Shown in pieces: positions 27,168 to 37,669 of a DNA stretch of 64,000 bases. The stretch is from Longimicrobiales bacterium (GTDB lineage: Bacteria; Gemmatimonadota; Gemmatimonadetes; Longimicrobiales; Gaopeijiaceae), in NCBI GenBank assembly GCA_965219445.1, contig CBDCNQ010000004.1:384001-448000 (forward strand), given 5' to 3'. The position numbers and the translations under genes were made by a program. The stretch's first letter is position 1. The number at the start of each line of letters is the position of its first letter. The notes under the pieces were generated by a model. That model worked only from the letters and a program-made list of their open reading frames with translations. It did no database searches and was not told the origin of the DNA.

Positions 27168-28838
27168 TCATCGACCACCCTCACCGGGCCGAATGCGTCG
27201 AGCGTGGCGTAGTGGGTTTTCGAGCAGATGAGTGGGGATGAAGAACACGAGAACGAACATGAGCAGAGCCACCATAAGGCCACCTCCGAGCAGCCAGAAG
27301 CTCCGAATCGAAATGAAGATGATGGACGAGATGACTGCGGTAGCCGTGGCGAAAATACTCAGGCTGATGCGCCGAGCCTGTAGGTTGAGAAACCGCTCCT
27401 GGCCTTGGATGTCGCGGGGGTGGACGCGCACCCTCAACTCTTCGCGTTCCGCACGTCCAAGCAGATCGCCTATGGTCCGAAGTGCCGTCTGCACCTCTTC
27501 GAGCAAATCCTTCGCGACGGCCACGGGTTGGCGGACAGCCGTCTTTGTGATTTCACCCTTGAGGTCCCCGACCACGCGCTTGAGGAGCCCCAGCCCATCG
27601 AAATTCTCGTCGTAGCGAATGCCGATGCCCTCGAGCAGCACGGAGGTCCGAAGGAGATACACGAGCTCTTGGGGGAGCATGAGGGGCCACGTGTAAAACG
27701 TGTCGAAGATCTCGTGGACGATCCCTTCGATGCGATCCCGATTGGAGAGCCGTGCACGCCCGAGGATGGCGAGAATCTCGGTGGCTGCCTCGCGGATCTC
27801 GCCTCGGGACACTTCGGGGCTGATCATGCCTAATCGGTACATGCCGTTGATCATCCCGTCCAAATCGTCCCGCTCGACGGTCAGCGCGAGGTCCAGAATG
27901 TACTCTCGCGTCCAGCTAGGAACATCGAGCACCATGCCCCAGTCGAGCACCACGATCGCTCCGTCATCCTGAACGAGGAGGTTGCCAGGGTGGGGATCGG
28001 CGTGCAGAAACCCGTCGACCATCATCATGCGAAGGTAGAGGCCCGTCAGGCGCTCCATCACCTCGTTGAACTCGATGCGTCCTGTCGCAATCTGGTCCTG
28101 CAAGTGATCGATCTTGGTTCCCGTGCAATGCTCCATCACCAGAACCCCTCGACGCGTGTATTCATCCAGGACCTCGGGGGCCCGAACGGTCGGATCGTCT
28201 CTGAAATACCGCTGGAAACGCTCGATGTTTTCCGACTCCTTACGGAAATCCATCTCCTCCCTTACGCGATGGGAGAACTCGCGCACGACGTTGGTGAGCG
28301 CCTGAATGTGATGGTTCGGGAAGAGGACATTGAGCCAAAACAGAAGCCTGAAGCTGATGTCGAGATCGAGGGCCACGAGTTCCTCGACACCCGGGCGGAG
28401 CACCTTGACCGCAACCTCCTTTCCATCGACGACTGCCTGATGCACCTGGCCGAGGCTCGCAGCGGCGGCCGGCTCGCGATCGAACTCGTCGAAGACCTCA
28501 TCCACCGGCTGACCCAACTCGCGCTCGATAACCGCGATGATCTGATCCGGGGGATCAGGAGGAGCCCGATCCTGAAGCGCGCCGATGGCTGTCAGGTAGG
28601 GCTCGGGAAAGATATCTGCCCGGGCCGACATGAGTTGGCCGAGCTTGATGAACGTCGGCCCCAGCTTGGCCACCCGCGCCACCAATTTTTCTGCCCGCCG
28701 CTGATGATGCCGCTCGGTACGGCGAGCGGGAGAGCCCAGGATGATCCATCTCTTCCGATCCCTCAGAAAGCCCATAACCAACGGTGTAAGGCCGACCAGG
28801 ACTCGGATCCCTCTGAAGAAGCTCCTCACAGACGGCAC
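27168..28838 (-). CDS. AarF/UbiB/ABC1-family atypical kinase
   Basis: LGPTFIKLGQ, AAASLGQVH, VAVKVLRP, HADPHPGN and LDWGM motifs; C-terminal TMs. Confidence 0.93.
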   Translation of the reverse strand: MPSVRSFFRGIRVLVGLTPLVMGFLRDRKRWIILGSPARRTERHHQRRAEKLVARVAKLGPTFIKLGQLMSARADIFPEPYLTAIGALQDRAPPDPPDQIIAVIERELGQPVDEVFDEFDREPAAAASLGQVHQAVVDGKEVAVKVLRPGVEELVALDLDISFRLLFWLNVLFPNHHIQALTNVVREFSHRVREEMDFRKESENIERFQRYFRDDPTVRAPEVLDEYTRRGVLVMEHCTGTKIDHLQDQIATGRIEFNEVMERLTGLYLRMMMVDGFLHADPHPGNLLVQDDGAIVVLDWGMVLDVPSWTREYILDLALTVERDDLDGMINGMYRLGMISPEVSRGEIREAATEILAILGRARLSNRDRIEGIVHEIFDTFYTWPLMLPQELVYLLRTSVLLEGIGIRYDENFDGLGLLKRVVGDLKGEITKTAVRQPVAVAKDLLEEVQTALRTIGDLLGRAEREELRVRVHPRDIQGQERFLNLQARRISLSIFATATAVISSIIFISIRSFWLLGGGLMVALLMFVLVFFIPTHLLENPLRHARRIRPGEGGR

Positions 28839-28891
28839 GTCACTGTAAGGAGGTCACGGATCCTCGCTCAACCGACCTCATGGACTCTCCT

Positions 28892-30259
28892 TCACAAAAC
28901 GACGGTGGCGAGTCCAAGGAGCAGGAGAAAGCCCGTCAGATCGGTGAGTGCCGTCAAGAACACGGTGGAGGCGACCGCCGGATCCTGTCCCCGTCGATCG
29001 AGGAACGTGGGGATGAAGGAACCGGCGAATCCGGCCATCGCGATGTTCCCCCACATGGCGAACAGCACGACCAGGCCAAGCCGTGCGTCCACGCCCATCG
29101 CAAAAGCGAGCATCGCAGCGGCCCCCGCGACGAGTACGCCGATGGCTCCCCCGTTGAATGACGCCACCAGGATTTCCTTGCCCACGACCCGTCCGCGAGC
29201 CTCGAGTGGGCCGGCCGATGTAGCGAGCCGCCTCACGGTCACGGCGAGCGCCTGCTGGCCGGCATTTCCTCCGAGGCCAGCCACCACGGGCATGACCACT
29301 GCCAGAAGGGTCGCCGCGGCAATTTCACTCCGGAACCACCACACCACACCGGCGGCGAGGCTCGCCGTCATCGTGTTGAGGAGGAGCCACGGGAGCCGGG
29401 CGCGGACCGCCTCGACCGGGCTACCACGTAGCTCCTCGGCCTCCGAAACACCGGAGAAGAGGAGAAGGTCTTCCGTGGTCTCAGCCTCGATGACATCGAT
29501 GACATCGTCGAAGGTGATGCGCCCCAGCAGGACCCCGTTTTCCGAAACGACCGGGATGGACGCCAGGTTGTAGCGAGCGATCATGTGCCCAACCTGCTCC
29601 TGGTCCGCCTCCGGGACCACGGACGTGACCGTCGGCTCGACCAGGTCCCGGATGCGGTGCCCGGTATCGGATAGGATCAGGTCGTCCAACGGCACGGTGC
29701 CGAGCAGCTTGGTATCATCATCGACAACGAATACGGTGTAGAAGTCCTCCACCTCCCTCCCCTGCACACGCACCGCGTCAATCGCCTCACCCGCCGTAAT
29801 ATGGCCGAGCACCGACACGAGAGCGGTGGTCATGATCCCTCCGGCCGTATCCTCGTCGTACTGAAGAAGGTCGCGGATGTCACCCGCTTCCTCCTTGGGT
29901 AATTCGGCGAGAAGCCGATCTTGCGCCTCCGGCGCGAGCTCGCTGAGCAGGTCCGTGGCGTCGTCGTCCGACAGCTCGTGAAGGAGCTCCGCGCCCTCGG
30001 CGGGAGCCAGGGCGGTCAGGAGCTCGGCCCGGACCTCGCGTTCTGCCATCTCGGCGAGTGTTTCTGAAGCCAGGTCGGTCGGGAGCGCACGAACCAAGGC
30101 CAGACGAAGCTCGTCACCGAGCGATTCCACCACGTCTGCGATGTCCGAGGGGTGAAGCTCCTCAAGCGTCGCCTCGAGTTCAGAAACGTCGCCTTCGCGG
30201 ATGAGTACGGCGATCCGCCCCTGAAGAACCAGGGATTCGTCGTTGTGGCTGGTGGTCAT
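28892..30259 (-). CDS. mgtE: Magnesium transporter MgtE
   Basis: Acidic N-domain, CBS pair (TAGGIMT), RLPWL, GGNAG.Q and DPAVAS motifs. Confidence 0.95.
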   Translation of the reverse strand: MTTSHNDESLVLQGRIAVLIREGDVSELEATLEELHPSDIADVVESLGDELRLALVRALPTDLASETLAEMAEREVRAELLTALAPAEGAELLHELSDDDATDLLSELAPEAQDRLLAELPKEEAGDIRDLLQYDEDTAGGIMTTALVSVLGHITAGEAIDAVRVQGREVEDFYTVFVVDDDTKLLGTVPLDDLILSDTGHRIRDLVEPTVTSVVPEADQEQVGHMIARYNLASIPVVSENGVLLGRITFDDVIDVIEAETTEDLLLFSGVSEAEELRGSPVEAVRARLPWLLLNTMTASLAAGVVWWFRSEIAAATLLAVVMPVVAGLGGNAGQQALAVTVRRLATSAGPLEARGRVVGKEILVASFNGGAIGVLVAGAAAMLAFAMGVDARLGLVVLFAMWGNIAMAGFAGSFIPTFLDRRGQDPAVASTVFLTALTDLTGFLLLLGLATVVL

Positions 30260-30278
30260 GCCCCGGAGAGTGGCGTCT

Positions 30279-30710
30279 TCAGATCGCTTCGTCCAGTAGC
30301 TTCCGGACCAAATGCTCCTGAAGGACGAACATCTGGCTCGAAGCGCGGCCCTCCGTATCCGGATGGTCGTACCCGAGAACGTGCAGGGTGCCGTGGATCG
30401 AAAGTCGGGCCAACTCTTCTTCTACGGAGATTCCGGCCTCTACCGCCTGGATCGCGGCCTGTTGGTAACCGACGTAGACGTCCCCCAGCACCGCCTCATC
30501 TCCCTCATAAAGAGCGAAAGAAATGACGTCGGTGGGGGCGTCCTTGTCCAAGTGGGTGCGGTTCAACTCCCGGATGGAGTGATCATCCAAGAGCGTCAGG
30601 GAAATCTCCGCCTCAACGAGCCCTGCGGTCCGCAGGACCAGAGAGACCGCTGAGCGCAGCCAGTCCTTCGACACGCCGGCAGAGGACTCTCCGGAGATCT
30701 GGATTTCCAA
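30279..30710 (-). CDS. ybeY: rRNA maturation endoribonuclease YbeY
   Basis: PTDVISF and HGTLHVLGYDH motifs. Confidence 0.95.
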   Translation of the reverse strand: MEIQISGESSAGVSKDWLRSAVSLVLRTAGLVEAEISLTLLDDHSIRELNRTHLDKDAPTDVISFALYEGDEAVLGDVYVGYQQAAIQAVEAGISVEEELARLSIHGTLHVLGYDHPDTEGRASSQMFVLQEHLVRKLLDEAI

Positions 30711-30715
30711 CGAGA

Positions 30716-33079
30716 CTAGGACCGACTTACGTCGCCGAGTTCCATCTGCTCGCTGACGCCGCGGGCTCCCTCTTCGTCGGATCTGCTGGAGTCCTCCGAC
30801 ACGCCACTCCCCACGGAAACCTGTTCCGCCTCCGAACCGGATTCTTCCTTCGAAGCATCTTCAGGAGCGTCGGTCAAGTGTTTGGTCGTGGGGTAGTCGA
30901 TGCGGTGGTGATAAATGCCACTCAATACCTTCACGAAGGTGTCTTTGAGGGCAGTGATTTCACGCATCGTCAACGGCGCTTGGTCGAGTTGGCCGTCCTG
31001 CTGTTTACTCCCGATGATCCCCTCCACGAGATCACGGACTCGCTCGGGCGTCGGCTCCTGTAGCACGCGTGTGGCTGACTCGATCGAGTCCGCCATCATT
31101 GCGACGGCGGTCTCCTTCGACTGTGGCTTCGGCCCGGGATATCGGTAATCCGCTTCATCGACATTCTCCTCCCCAAGTTGCTCTTGTGCCCGGCTATAGA
31201 AGAAGGCGATGAGCTGAGTCCCGTGATGCTCGGAGATGAACCGTTGAATGACCTCGGGGAGCCCCGCTTCTTTCCCGAGCCGGAGCCCTTCGACAACATG
31301 CTCGATCAGGATGGCAGAAGACGTATCAGGTTGCAGCTTGTCGTGGGGATTTCTGCCCTCGACCTGGTTCTCCACGAAGTAATGGGGCTTGAGCACCTTA
31401 CCCACGTCGTGGTAGTACAGACCCACCCGGCAAAGCAATCCGTGAGCGCCGACGGCGTTGGCGGCCAGCTCCGCAAGGTTGGCGACGTTGATCGTGTGCG
31501 CGTACGTGCCCGGGGCTTCAAGGGAGAGGCGACGAAGGAGTGGTGCGTTCGGATCCGCCCATTCCAGAAGTGTCTGGTCCGTCGTGATCCCGGTGAACCA
31601 CTCGAACACTGGAATGAAGCCCATGGCGACGATCGCGCTCAGTGCCGCGTTCGAGCCGGCCCAGGCCATCGAGATGGCGAAGTCCGCTGCAGATCGCTCC
31701 CCCACCAAGCTCAGGGCCAAGAGCGTTACCGCATAGGCCCCCGCGATGATCGCCACGAACACCCACGTCTGTGCCCTACGACGGACAACCCTGACGCTCA
31801 TGGCCGCCGCCGCACCACCCATCATCACCGGAAACAGAACGTCCGTGTCGGCGAACGCGGGCTGCGCGACCGTTAGGCCCGCCAAGACAAGCCCCATCAC
31901 CAAGGCGATCCTGGAATCCCAAAGAACCGCCATCGCCAGCACGACGAAGGCTATCGGTAATCCTTCGGGCGCCAGACCGTTGGATGCGATGACCCGAGCC
32001 ACGATGAAGTAGATCACGACCAGGGCCGTCTGTAGGACCAACCACCGGAGAGATCTGTAGATCATCGGCCGCAAGAAGAAGACGAGCGCCCCGAATACGG
32101 CCACAAGTGACAAGTTCAGGAGGAACGATCCGAGGAGTAGTCCGAATTGGAGTCCTGGCTCCTCGAGCAGTTGGAGCCGGCGCAGCTCGGCTTCGTACGC
32201 GCTCAAGCGCGCCAGGTCCGCCTCCGTAATGGGCTCGTTCGCCCGAACGATCGCTTCCTGCTGGACCACATTCCCGACCGATTCCGGGACCGCCTGCCGG
32301 ACCTGCTCACGATCGGCGGCGGTGACCTCGGGGTCGAACTCCAGGGAATATACGGTGTGGCTGATGATGATCAGCCGGAGTAACTCGCTGAGTTCGGGGC
32401 TGGTTGTGGGAAGGTCGCTGATGATCCGCGCCTGGAGGTCTCCCCCGACCAGTACGTTTTCAGTCGCCTCCGAGCGGCGGCTGTCTGCTCCCGGGTCCTG
32501 AATCAGGACGCGGTCCAGAGTGAGCTCACGCGACTCGGTAGCGTCGACCACGCCAATCATCGCGTATCGCCGCACCCCCATAGTGGACGTGGTCCTGAGG
32601 AGCCGACGGGTCGCCTCGTCCATGAGGAGAACGGCCTGCTGCGGACTGACCACGATGGACGCTTCGAGCAGATCGGCTCGCAGGATCTCCGAATCGCCCT
32701 CGGAAGCGACCGAGTCGAGTCGGGCGAACAACCTTTGGAGCCGGACAGCCATCGTGTCCCCGGCCTCGGACCTGTAGTTGAACGTGGGGGGAACGCCCGC
32801 CGCTGCGTCCGCTCTCTCACGCTGCAGATCCGCGGTCGACTTGGGTATGGTGAACGGCACCTGGGCGATCACCGCCTCGGGAAGAACCATGCCCTCTTCA
32901 AATCGGCCGAGTGTGGATCCTCCCATCGGGGGAAAGAGCGTTGTGATGGTGGCGGCTAACACGACCAAAAGCAGCAGCCGCGATCCGTGGTATACGACTC
33001 CGTCCGGCCAGGGCGGACGGACGTGGTCCCCCCTCGCTTCACTGGCAACACCGTATGTGGAGAGGCCGTCCCGGGTCAC
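30716..33079 (-). CDS. 7TM-HD membrane phosphohydrolase (PgpH/YqfF-like)
   Basis: Extracellular domain, TM block, EAPGTYAH, YYHDVGK, EHHGT and YRYPGPKP motifs. Confidence 0.92.
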   Translation of the reverse strand: MTRDGLSTYGVASEARGDHVRPPWPDGVVYHGSRLLLLVVLAATITTLFPPMGGSTLGRFEEGMVLPEAVIAQVPFTIPKSTADLQRERADAAAGVPPTFNYRSEAGDTMAVRLQRLFARLDSVASEGDSEILRADLLEASIVVSPQQAVLLMDEATRRLLRTTSTMGVRRYAMIGVVDATESRELTLDRVLIQDPGADSRRSEATENVLVGGDLQARIISDLPTTSPELSELLRLIIISHTVYSLEFDPEVTAADREQVRQAVPESVGNVVQQEAIVRANEPITEADLARLSAYEAELRRLQLLEEPGLQFGLLLGSFLLNLSLVAVFGALVFFLRPMIYRSLRWLVLQTALVVIYFIVARVIASNGLAPEGLPIAFVVLAMAVLWDSRIALVMGLVLAGLTVAQPAFADTDVLFPVMMGGAAAAMSVRVVRRRAQTWVFVAIIAGAYAVTLLALSLVGERSAADFAISMAWAGSNAALSAIVAMGFIPVFEWFTGITTDQTLLEWADPNAPLLRRLSLEAPGTYAHTINVANLAELAANAVGAHGLLCRVGLYYHDVGKVLKPHYFVENQVEGRNPHDKLQPDTSSAILIEHVVEGLRLGKEAGLPEVIQRFISEHHGTQLIAFFYSRAQEQLGEENVDEADYRYPGPKPQSKETAVAMMADSIESATRVLQEPTPERVRDLVEGIIGSKQQDGQLDQAPLTMREITALKDTFVKVLSGIYHHRIDYPTTKHLTDAPEDASKEESGSEAEQVSVGSGVSEDSSRSDEEGARGVSEQMELGDVSRS

Positions 33080-34074
33080 GAGTCCACCTCCGAATCCGAG
33101 CTGGCGTACGCGCGAATGATGTCCTTTACAAGACGATGTCGTATAACGTCCGAATCGTCCAGATAAATGAATTCGATGCCCTCGACGCTGCGTAAGATGG
33201 CCTCGACCTGGAGCAGGCCCGAATCTTCCTTGCGTGGGAGGTCGATCTGTGTCTTGTCTCCCGTGATCACCACCTGGGAGTTCAACCCGAGCCGTGTCAG
33301 AAACATCTTCATCTGCGCCGTTGTGGAGTTCTGGGCCTCATCCAAGATCACGAATGCATCGGAGAGGGTCCGGCCACGCATGTAAGCCAGCGGCGCGATC
33401 TCGATGGTCAGGTCTTCGACGGCCTTCCGTACCCGGTCGGAGGGCATCATGTCCTCCAGGGCATCGTACAGAGGCCTCAGGTAGGGATCGACCTTCTCCT
33501 GCATGTCTCCCGGGAGGAACCCGAGGCTCTCGCCCGCCTCGACGGCGGGCCGGGCCAGGACAATGCGCCGCACCCGCTTCTTGTAGAGAGCATCGACCGC
33601 AAGAGCAACCGCAAGATACGTCTTTCCGGTCCCGGCGGGCCCGATACCGATGACGACGTCATTTCCCCGGATCGCCTTGACGTACTGACGCTGTCCCTCC
33701 GATTTGGGTTGAATCATCTTGCGGGACCCCGGCAGCGCGACCTGGAGGTCCGTTTCGGGGGACACGACGCCGTCTGGACCGTGCACGGCCAGGCCCTCTG
33801 CAAAGCGGGCGATGTCGTTCCGGTCGAACGGCGCACGCAACCGGGACAGCTCGATCAGATGCTGGACCAACGGAGCGGCCCTCTCTACCGCCGCTAGCTC
33901 TCCTGACAAGATGACATGGTCCCCTCGAAGCACGAGCCGAATGTCATACAAGCCCGCTACTTCCCGAAGGTTGGCGTCGTTTGCCCCAGTCAGGAGCAGC
34001 GGATCGACCCCTTCGGCGTCAAGGCGGTGTTCCACCACTGCGCTCGGACCCGACGTCAAGCCCCCCGAGGTCAT
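33076..34074 (-). CDS. phoH: PhoH-family ATPase
   Basis: GPAGTGKT, RPAVEAGESLGFLPG, AYMRGRT and DEAQN motifs. Confidence 0.95.
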   Translation of the reverse strand: MTSGGLTSGPSAVVEHRLDAEGVDPLLLTGANDANLREVAGLYDIRLVLRGDHVILSGELAAVERAAPLVQHLIELSRLRAPFDRNDIARFAEGLAVHGPDGVVSPETDLQVALPGSRKMIQPKSEGQRQYVKAIRGNDVVIGIGPAGTGKTYLAVALAVDALYKKRVRRIVLARPAVEAGESLGFLPGDMQEKVDPYLRPLYDALEDMMPSDRVRKAVEDLTIEIAPLAYMRGRTLSDAFVILDEAQNSTTAQMKMFLTRLGLNSQVVITGDKTQIDLPRKEDSGLLQVEAILRSVEGIEFIYLDDSDVIRHRLVKDIIRAYASSDSEVDS

Positions 34075-35912
34075 GTTTCAGCCCCGCTCATGTGGGTGAC
34101 TCCGCTCCCCTCAGCTCCCCCATCGGAGGCCGTCGGCCTCAGGGACAGCCCCAGCTCGGCAAGACCATCTGCGTCCAGCAGCGTCGGCGCACCTTCGAAA
34201 AGCGCGCGAGCGGCAGTCGTCTTGGGAAACGCGATGACCTCTCTAAGGCTACTGGCTCCGACAAAAAGCGCGACCAATCGATCCACACCGAATGCTACTC
34301 CGCCATGAGGCGGCGCGCCCGAGGAGAGGGCACCCAATAGAAACCCGAACTTCCGCTCGATCTCAGCGTCGTCCAAGCCGAGCAAGCGAAGGATCCGGTG
34401 TTGTAGATCCGGATCGTGATTACGGATGCTGCCCGAGCCCAATTCGACACCATTGAAAACCAAGTCGTAGGCCAGCCCACGCACGCTCGTTGGCTCCTTC
34501 TCGAGCCGGTCTTGGTCCTCCGGGTGGGGCATCACGAATGGATGGTGGTTCGCGCCCAAGGCACCGTCGGGTCTCTCCTCGAAGATTGGAAAGTCTACGA
34601 CCCAGAGCCAAGCGTGTTCCCGGTCCCGCGGAACGTCGAGTGCCTCGACCGCAGCCAACCTCGCCGCAGAGAGGGCCGGCGAGGTCATCCGGTCGCTTCC
34701 AGCCGCAACGAGCACGAGGTCGCCGACGTTCGTTCCCAACTCGTGATACGCCTCCTCGTCCATGAAGCGCGCGAGCGAGCCGGACCCTCCGTCATCTGTG
34801 CGCTTCGCCCAAAGAAGCCCAGGTGCACCCGTGGCCTTGGCGAGGCCTTCGATCGCCTCGATCTGTTTTCGAGAAAGCCTCGCCCCTCCCTTGAGCAGGA
34901 CTCCACGTACCCGCCCTCCCTCGCCGACTGCGGCGGAGAACACCGGCGCATCGAGCCGTCCCAGGGCGGTCGTCCAATTCTGGATTTCCAGCCCGTAGCG
35001 GAGATCGGGCCGGTCGGTTCCATAACGCTCCAGCGCTTCGGAATACGTCATCCGGATGAAGGGCCTTGGAGCTTCAATTTGGGGAGCCTCCGCCGCAAGA
35101 GCGACCATGAGGCCCTCCATCCACCCGAGGATGTCGTCGGAATCCACGAAGGACGCTTCGACATCGATCTGCGTGAACTCGGGCTGTCGGTCGGCCCTCA
35201 GATCCTCGTCCCGGAAACACCGGGCGATCTGAAAATAGCGATCGAAGCCCGCGGCCATACAGAGTTGCTTATAGATCTGCGGACTCTGTGGCAGCGCGTA
35301 GAATTCTCCGTGGTGCAAACGGCTCGGCACCAGGTAGTCGCGTGCGCCTTCAGGAGTCGGCTTGGTCAGAATTGGAGTTTCGACTTCGATGAAACCAAGC
35401 CCGTCCAAGTAGTTTCTGCACGCTAGAATCAGCCGGTGCCGGAGCTGGAGGTTCTCCTGAAGCTCCGTGCGGCGAAGATCCAGCACACGATGCTTCAGAC
35501 GGAGCTCCTCCGACGGTAATTCGTCTTCGGGTCCACGGTATACCGGGATGGCCGGCGTGTCGGCATTGGTCAGGCGACGCAGAACCGTCGCGCGGACCTC
35601 GACCTCTCCCGTTGGGATCTCCGTATTCCAGTTCTCACGGGGCCGAGCCGTGACGGATCCAACGACGGCCACTACGTCCTCGGGCCCAAGCTCATGGGCG
35701 AGTTCGAGCGAGGTAGCATTGGTCCAATCCGGCCCGAGCGATACCTGGACCAGCCCGCTTCGGTCGCGAAGGTCGAGGAAGATCAAACCGCCCAGATCTC
35801 TGCGGCGGTGGACCCAGCCCGCCAACTCGACCTCGGCCCCTTCGTCCTGGGAGCGAATGCCTCCCAACAGACGCGAGCGAAGTGCAGTCTGTTCGATATC
35901 GATCTGCTTCAT
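34071..35912 (-). CDS. aspS: Aspartate--tRNA ligase
   Basis: GWVHRRRDLGG, TPEGARDY, FRDEDLRADRQPEFTQ and GAPPHGG motifs. Confidence 0.98.
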   Translation of the reverse strand: MKQIDIEQTALRSRLLGGIRSQDEGAEVELAGWVHRRRDLGGLIFLDLRDRSGLVQVSLGPDWTNATSLELAHELGPEDVVAVVGSVTARPRENWNTEIPTGEVEVRATVLRRLTNADTPAIPVYRGPEDELPSEELRLKHRVLDLRRTELQENLQLRHRLILACRNYLDGLGFIEVETPILTKPTPEGARDYLVPSRLHHGEFYALPQSPQIYKQLCMAAGFDRYFQIARCFRDEDLRADRQPEFTQIDVEASFVDSDDILGWMEGLMVALAAEAPQIEAPRPFIRMTYSEALERYGTDRPDLRYGLEIQNWTTALGRLDAPVFSAAVGEGGRVRGVLLKGGARLSRKQIEAIEGLAKATGAPGLLWAKRTDDGGSGSLARFMDEEAYHELGTNVGDLVLVAAGSDRMTSPALSAARLAAVEALDVPRDREHAWLWVVDFPIFEERPDGALGANHHPFVMPHPEDQDRLEKEPTSVRGLAYDLVFNGVELGSGSIRNHDPDLQHRILRLLGLDDAEIERKFGFLLGALSSGAPPHGGVAFGVDRLVALFVGASSLREVIAFPKTTAARALFEGAPTLLDADGLAELGLSLRPTASDGGAEGSGVTHMSGAET

Positions 35913-35914
35913 GA

Positions 35915-36316
35915 TCAGGCCGAACCCGTTGTCGTAGTACTTTCGCTCGGCGAGCGCCCATCGTCACGAGACGGAGAGGAGAAGCGCGAGAACAATAAGA
36001 AGCCGAGCATCACCCCTGCGCTGTCCGCCACCCAGTCACCCACACTGGAGTGTCGGCCCGGAACGAAGCTTTGGTGCCACTCATCCAGCGCACCGTACCC
36101 CACACCGATGAGCATCAGCAGGAGTCCGGGAACGCTGAATCCGGTCCTCCTTCTTCCCCACGCCAGGGACAAGCCCAGAATCAAATACAACCCTCCATGA
36201 ACCAACTTGTCGGAACCGGCCGGCAGAATGTCGTCCGTCCCTTGCAGTTCGCTCAACAAAAAGAGGACCGCCGCCCAGAGAGCGGCCGGCCCCCAACCAA
36301 GAACCCAAGCCTTCAC
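35915..36316 (-). CDS. VanZ-family membrane protein
   Basis: DKLVH, YGALDEWHQSFVPGR and D..AD motifs; start codon uncertain. Confidence 0.88.
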   Translation of the reverse strand: MKAWVLGWGPAALWAAVLFLLSELQGTDDILPAGSDKLVHGGLYLILGLSLAWGRRRTGFSVPGLLLMLIGVGYGALDEWHQSFVPGRHSSVGDWVADSAGVMLGFLLFSRFSSPSRDDGRSPSESTTTTGSA

Positions 36317-36538
36317 TGATTGTTCGAAAACGGATACAGTATCCGGCCCTCCTCTAGAAGGGTGATCGCCCTTCCCAAAGGCTATTGAAGAAGTGCAGTG
36401 GGAACGCTTCAAGTTTAACGTGGGCATCTGGGCGATACAAGAAATGTCGTACCATTCGGTATGCCGTTATCTTTCTCATCGTCGCCGTACGGTGACTCCG
36501 AGCCAAATCGGGCGGCTCCGGCCCGAAGGACACCCTCC

Positions 36539-37666
36539 ATGCCCGACGTGAAAACCGATCTCCTCAGCCTTCCGCCCGACGACCTCGGGACGGTCTTGGC
36601 CAAGCATTTCGAAACCCGGGGCCAACCCTCGTACCGAGTAGAACAGGTCAAAGAGTGGGTCTTCGAGGAGTGTGTCCCCAGCATCGCCGGGATGACCAAT
36701 CTCCCTGCAGCCGAGCGGAAAGCGCTCGACGCCGAATTCTCCCTCGTGGAGCCCGCTGCCGATGCCGTATCCCGCTCCTCGGACGGGACCGTAAAGCACC
36801 TCTGGAGGCTCGCGGACGGAGAACTCGTGGAATCCGTTTTGATCCCCACGTCCGACCGTTTGACCCTCTGCATCTCATCTCAGGCCGGCTGTGCGATGGG
36901 ATGCACGTTCTGCGCGACCGGTTGGGCCGGATTCCAGCGCCAACTCACGGCCGGCGAGATCGTGTCGCAGTACCGTGTCTCCCGGAGGTGGGCCCTCGAA
37001 AACGCCTACGGCAGGATTTCCAACATCGTATACATGGGAATGGGAGAGCCACTCAGTAATCGAAAGGCGCTTCACCCTTCCCTGACCATTCTCAACAAGG
37101 GTTATGGCGTGGGCGCGCGGCGAATCACCGTGTCGACCGTTGGCGTCGTTCCAGGCATCCTCGAGCTGGCTGAACGCGAAGAGCAGTTCCGCCTGGCCAT
37201 TTCCCTGCACGCGCCCGAGTCCGAGCTGCGGAGTGAATTGATTCCACTCGAGAAGCGATACTCCCTAGAGGAGCTCATGGCCGCCCTTGCGACCTTCAAC
37301 CGGGCCGGCGGACGGAGGATCACGTTCGAATACACGATGATACGCGGTGTCAACGACGCCCCGCGCCTAGCTCCTCAGCTGGCAGATCTCGCCGCCTCGG
37401 TCCACGCCTTCGTAAACCTGATCCCCTACAATCCCATCCCCTTCCAGGACTGGACAGCCAGTCGGGGAGAACGCATCGAGGAGTTTCGTTCGGTACTCGA
37501 CGCCCGAGGTGTATCTGTGGCCGTTCGTGTTCCACGCGGGCGGGACATCGATGCGGCGTGCGGCCAGCTTCGGGCGAGCCGAACGGGATCTCGTGGCACC
37601 CAGAACAGCTCGGACGCCGGCACGAGCGACTGGTGTCCTGAGTCAGAAGTTCGTCGGAATTCGTAG
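36539..37666 (+). CDS. rlmN: 23S rRNA (A2503-C2) methyltransferase RlmN
   Basis: CISSQAGCAMGCTFC, MGMGEP, SLHA and IDAACGQL motifs. Confidence 0.96.
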   Translation: MPDVKTDLLSLPPDDLGTVLAKHFETRGQPSYRVEQVKEWVFEECVPSIAGMTNLPAAERKALDAEFSLVEPAADAVSRSSDGTVKHLWRLADGELVESVLIPTSDRLTLCISSQAGCAMGCTFCATGWAGFQRQLTAGEIVSQYRVSRRWALENAYGRISNIVYMGMGEPLSNRKALHPSLTILNKGYGVGARRITVSTVGVVPGILELAEREEQFRLAISLHAPESELRSELIPLEKRYSLEELMAALATFNRAGGRRITFEYTMIRGVNDAPRLAPQLADLAASVHAFVNLIPYNPIPFQDWTASRGERIEEFRSVLDARGVSVAVRVPRGRDIDAACGQLRASRTGSRGTQNSSDAGTSDWCPESEVRRNS

Positions 37667-37669
37667 CCC

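Noticed and set aside
27990..29573. 527-aa plus-strand ORF, and other long antisense ORFs (3516-4640, 12650-13525, 34416-35426, 41826-42938, 49326-50237)
   Set aside because: They lie opposite well-supported genes, have no recognisable motifs, and are expected shadows in high-GC DNA.
36539..37666. Cfr-type resistance methyltransferase or van resistance cluster (with vanZ)
   Set aside because: Motifs and housekeeping context fit RlmN, and a stand-alone VanZ-family gene has no other van genes nearby.
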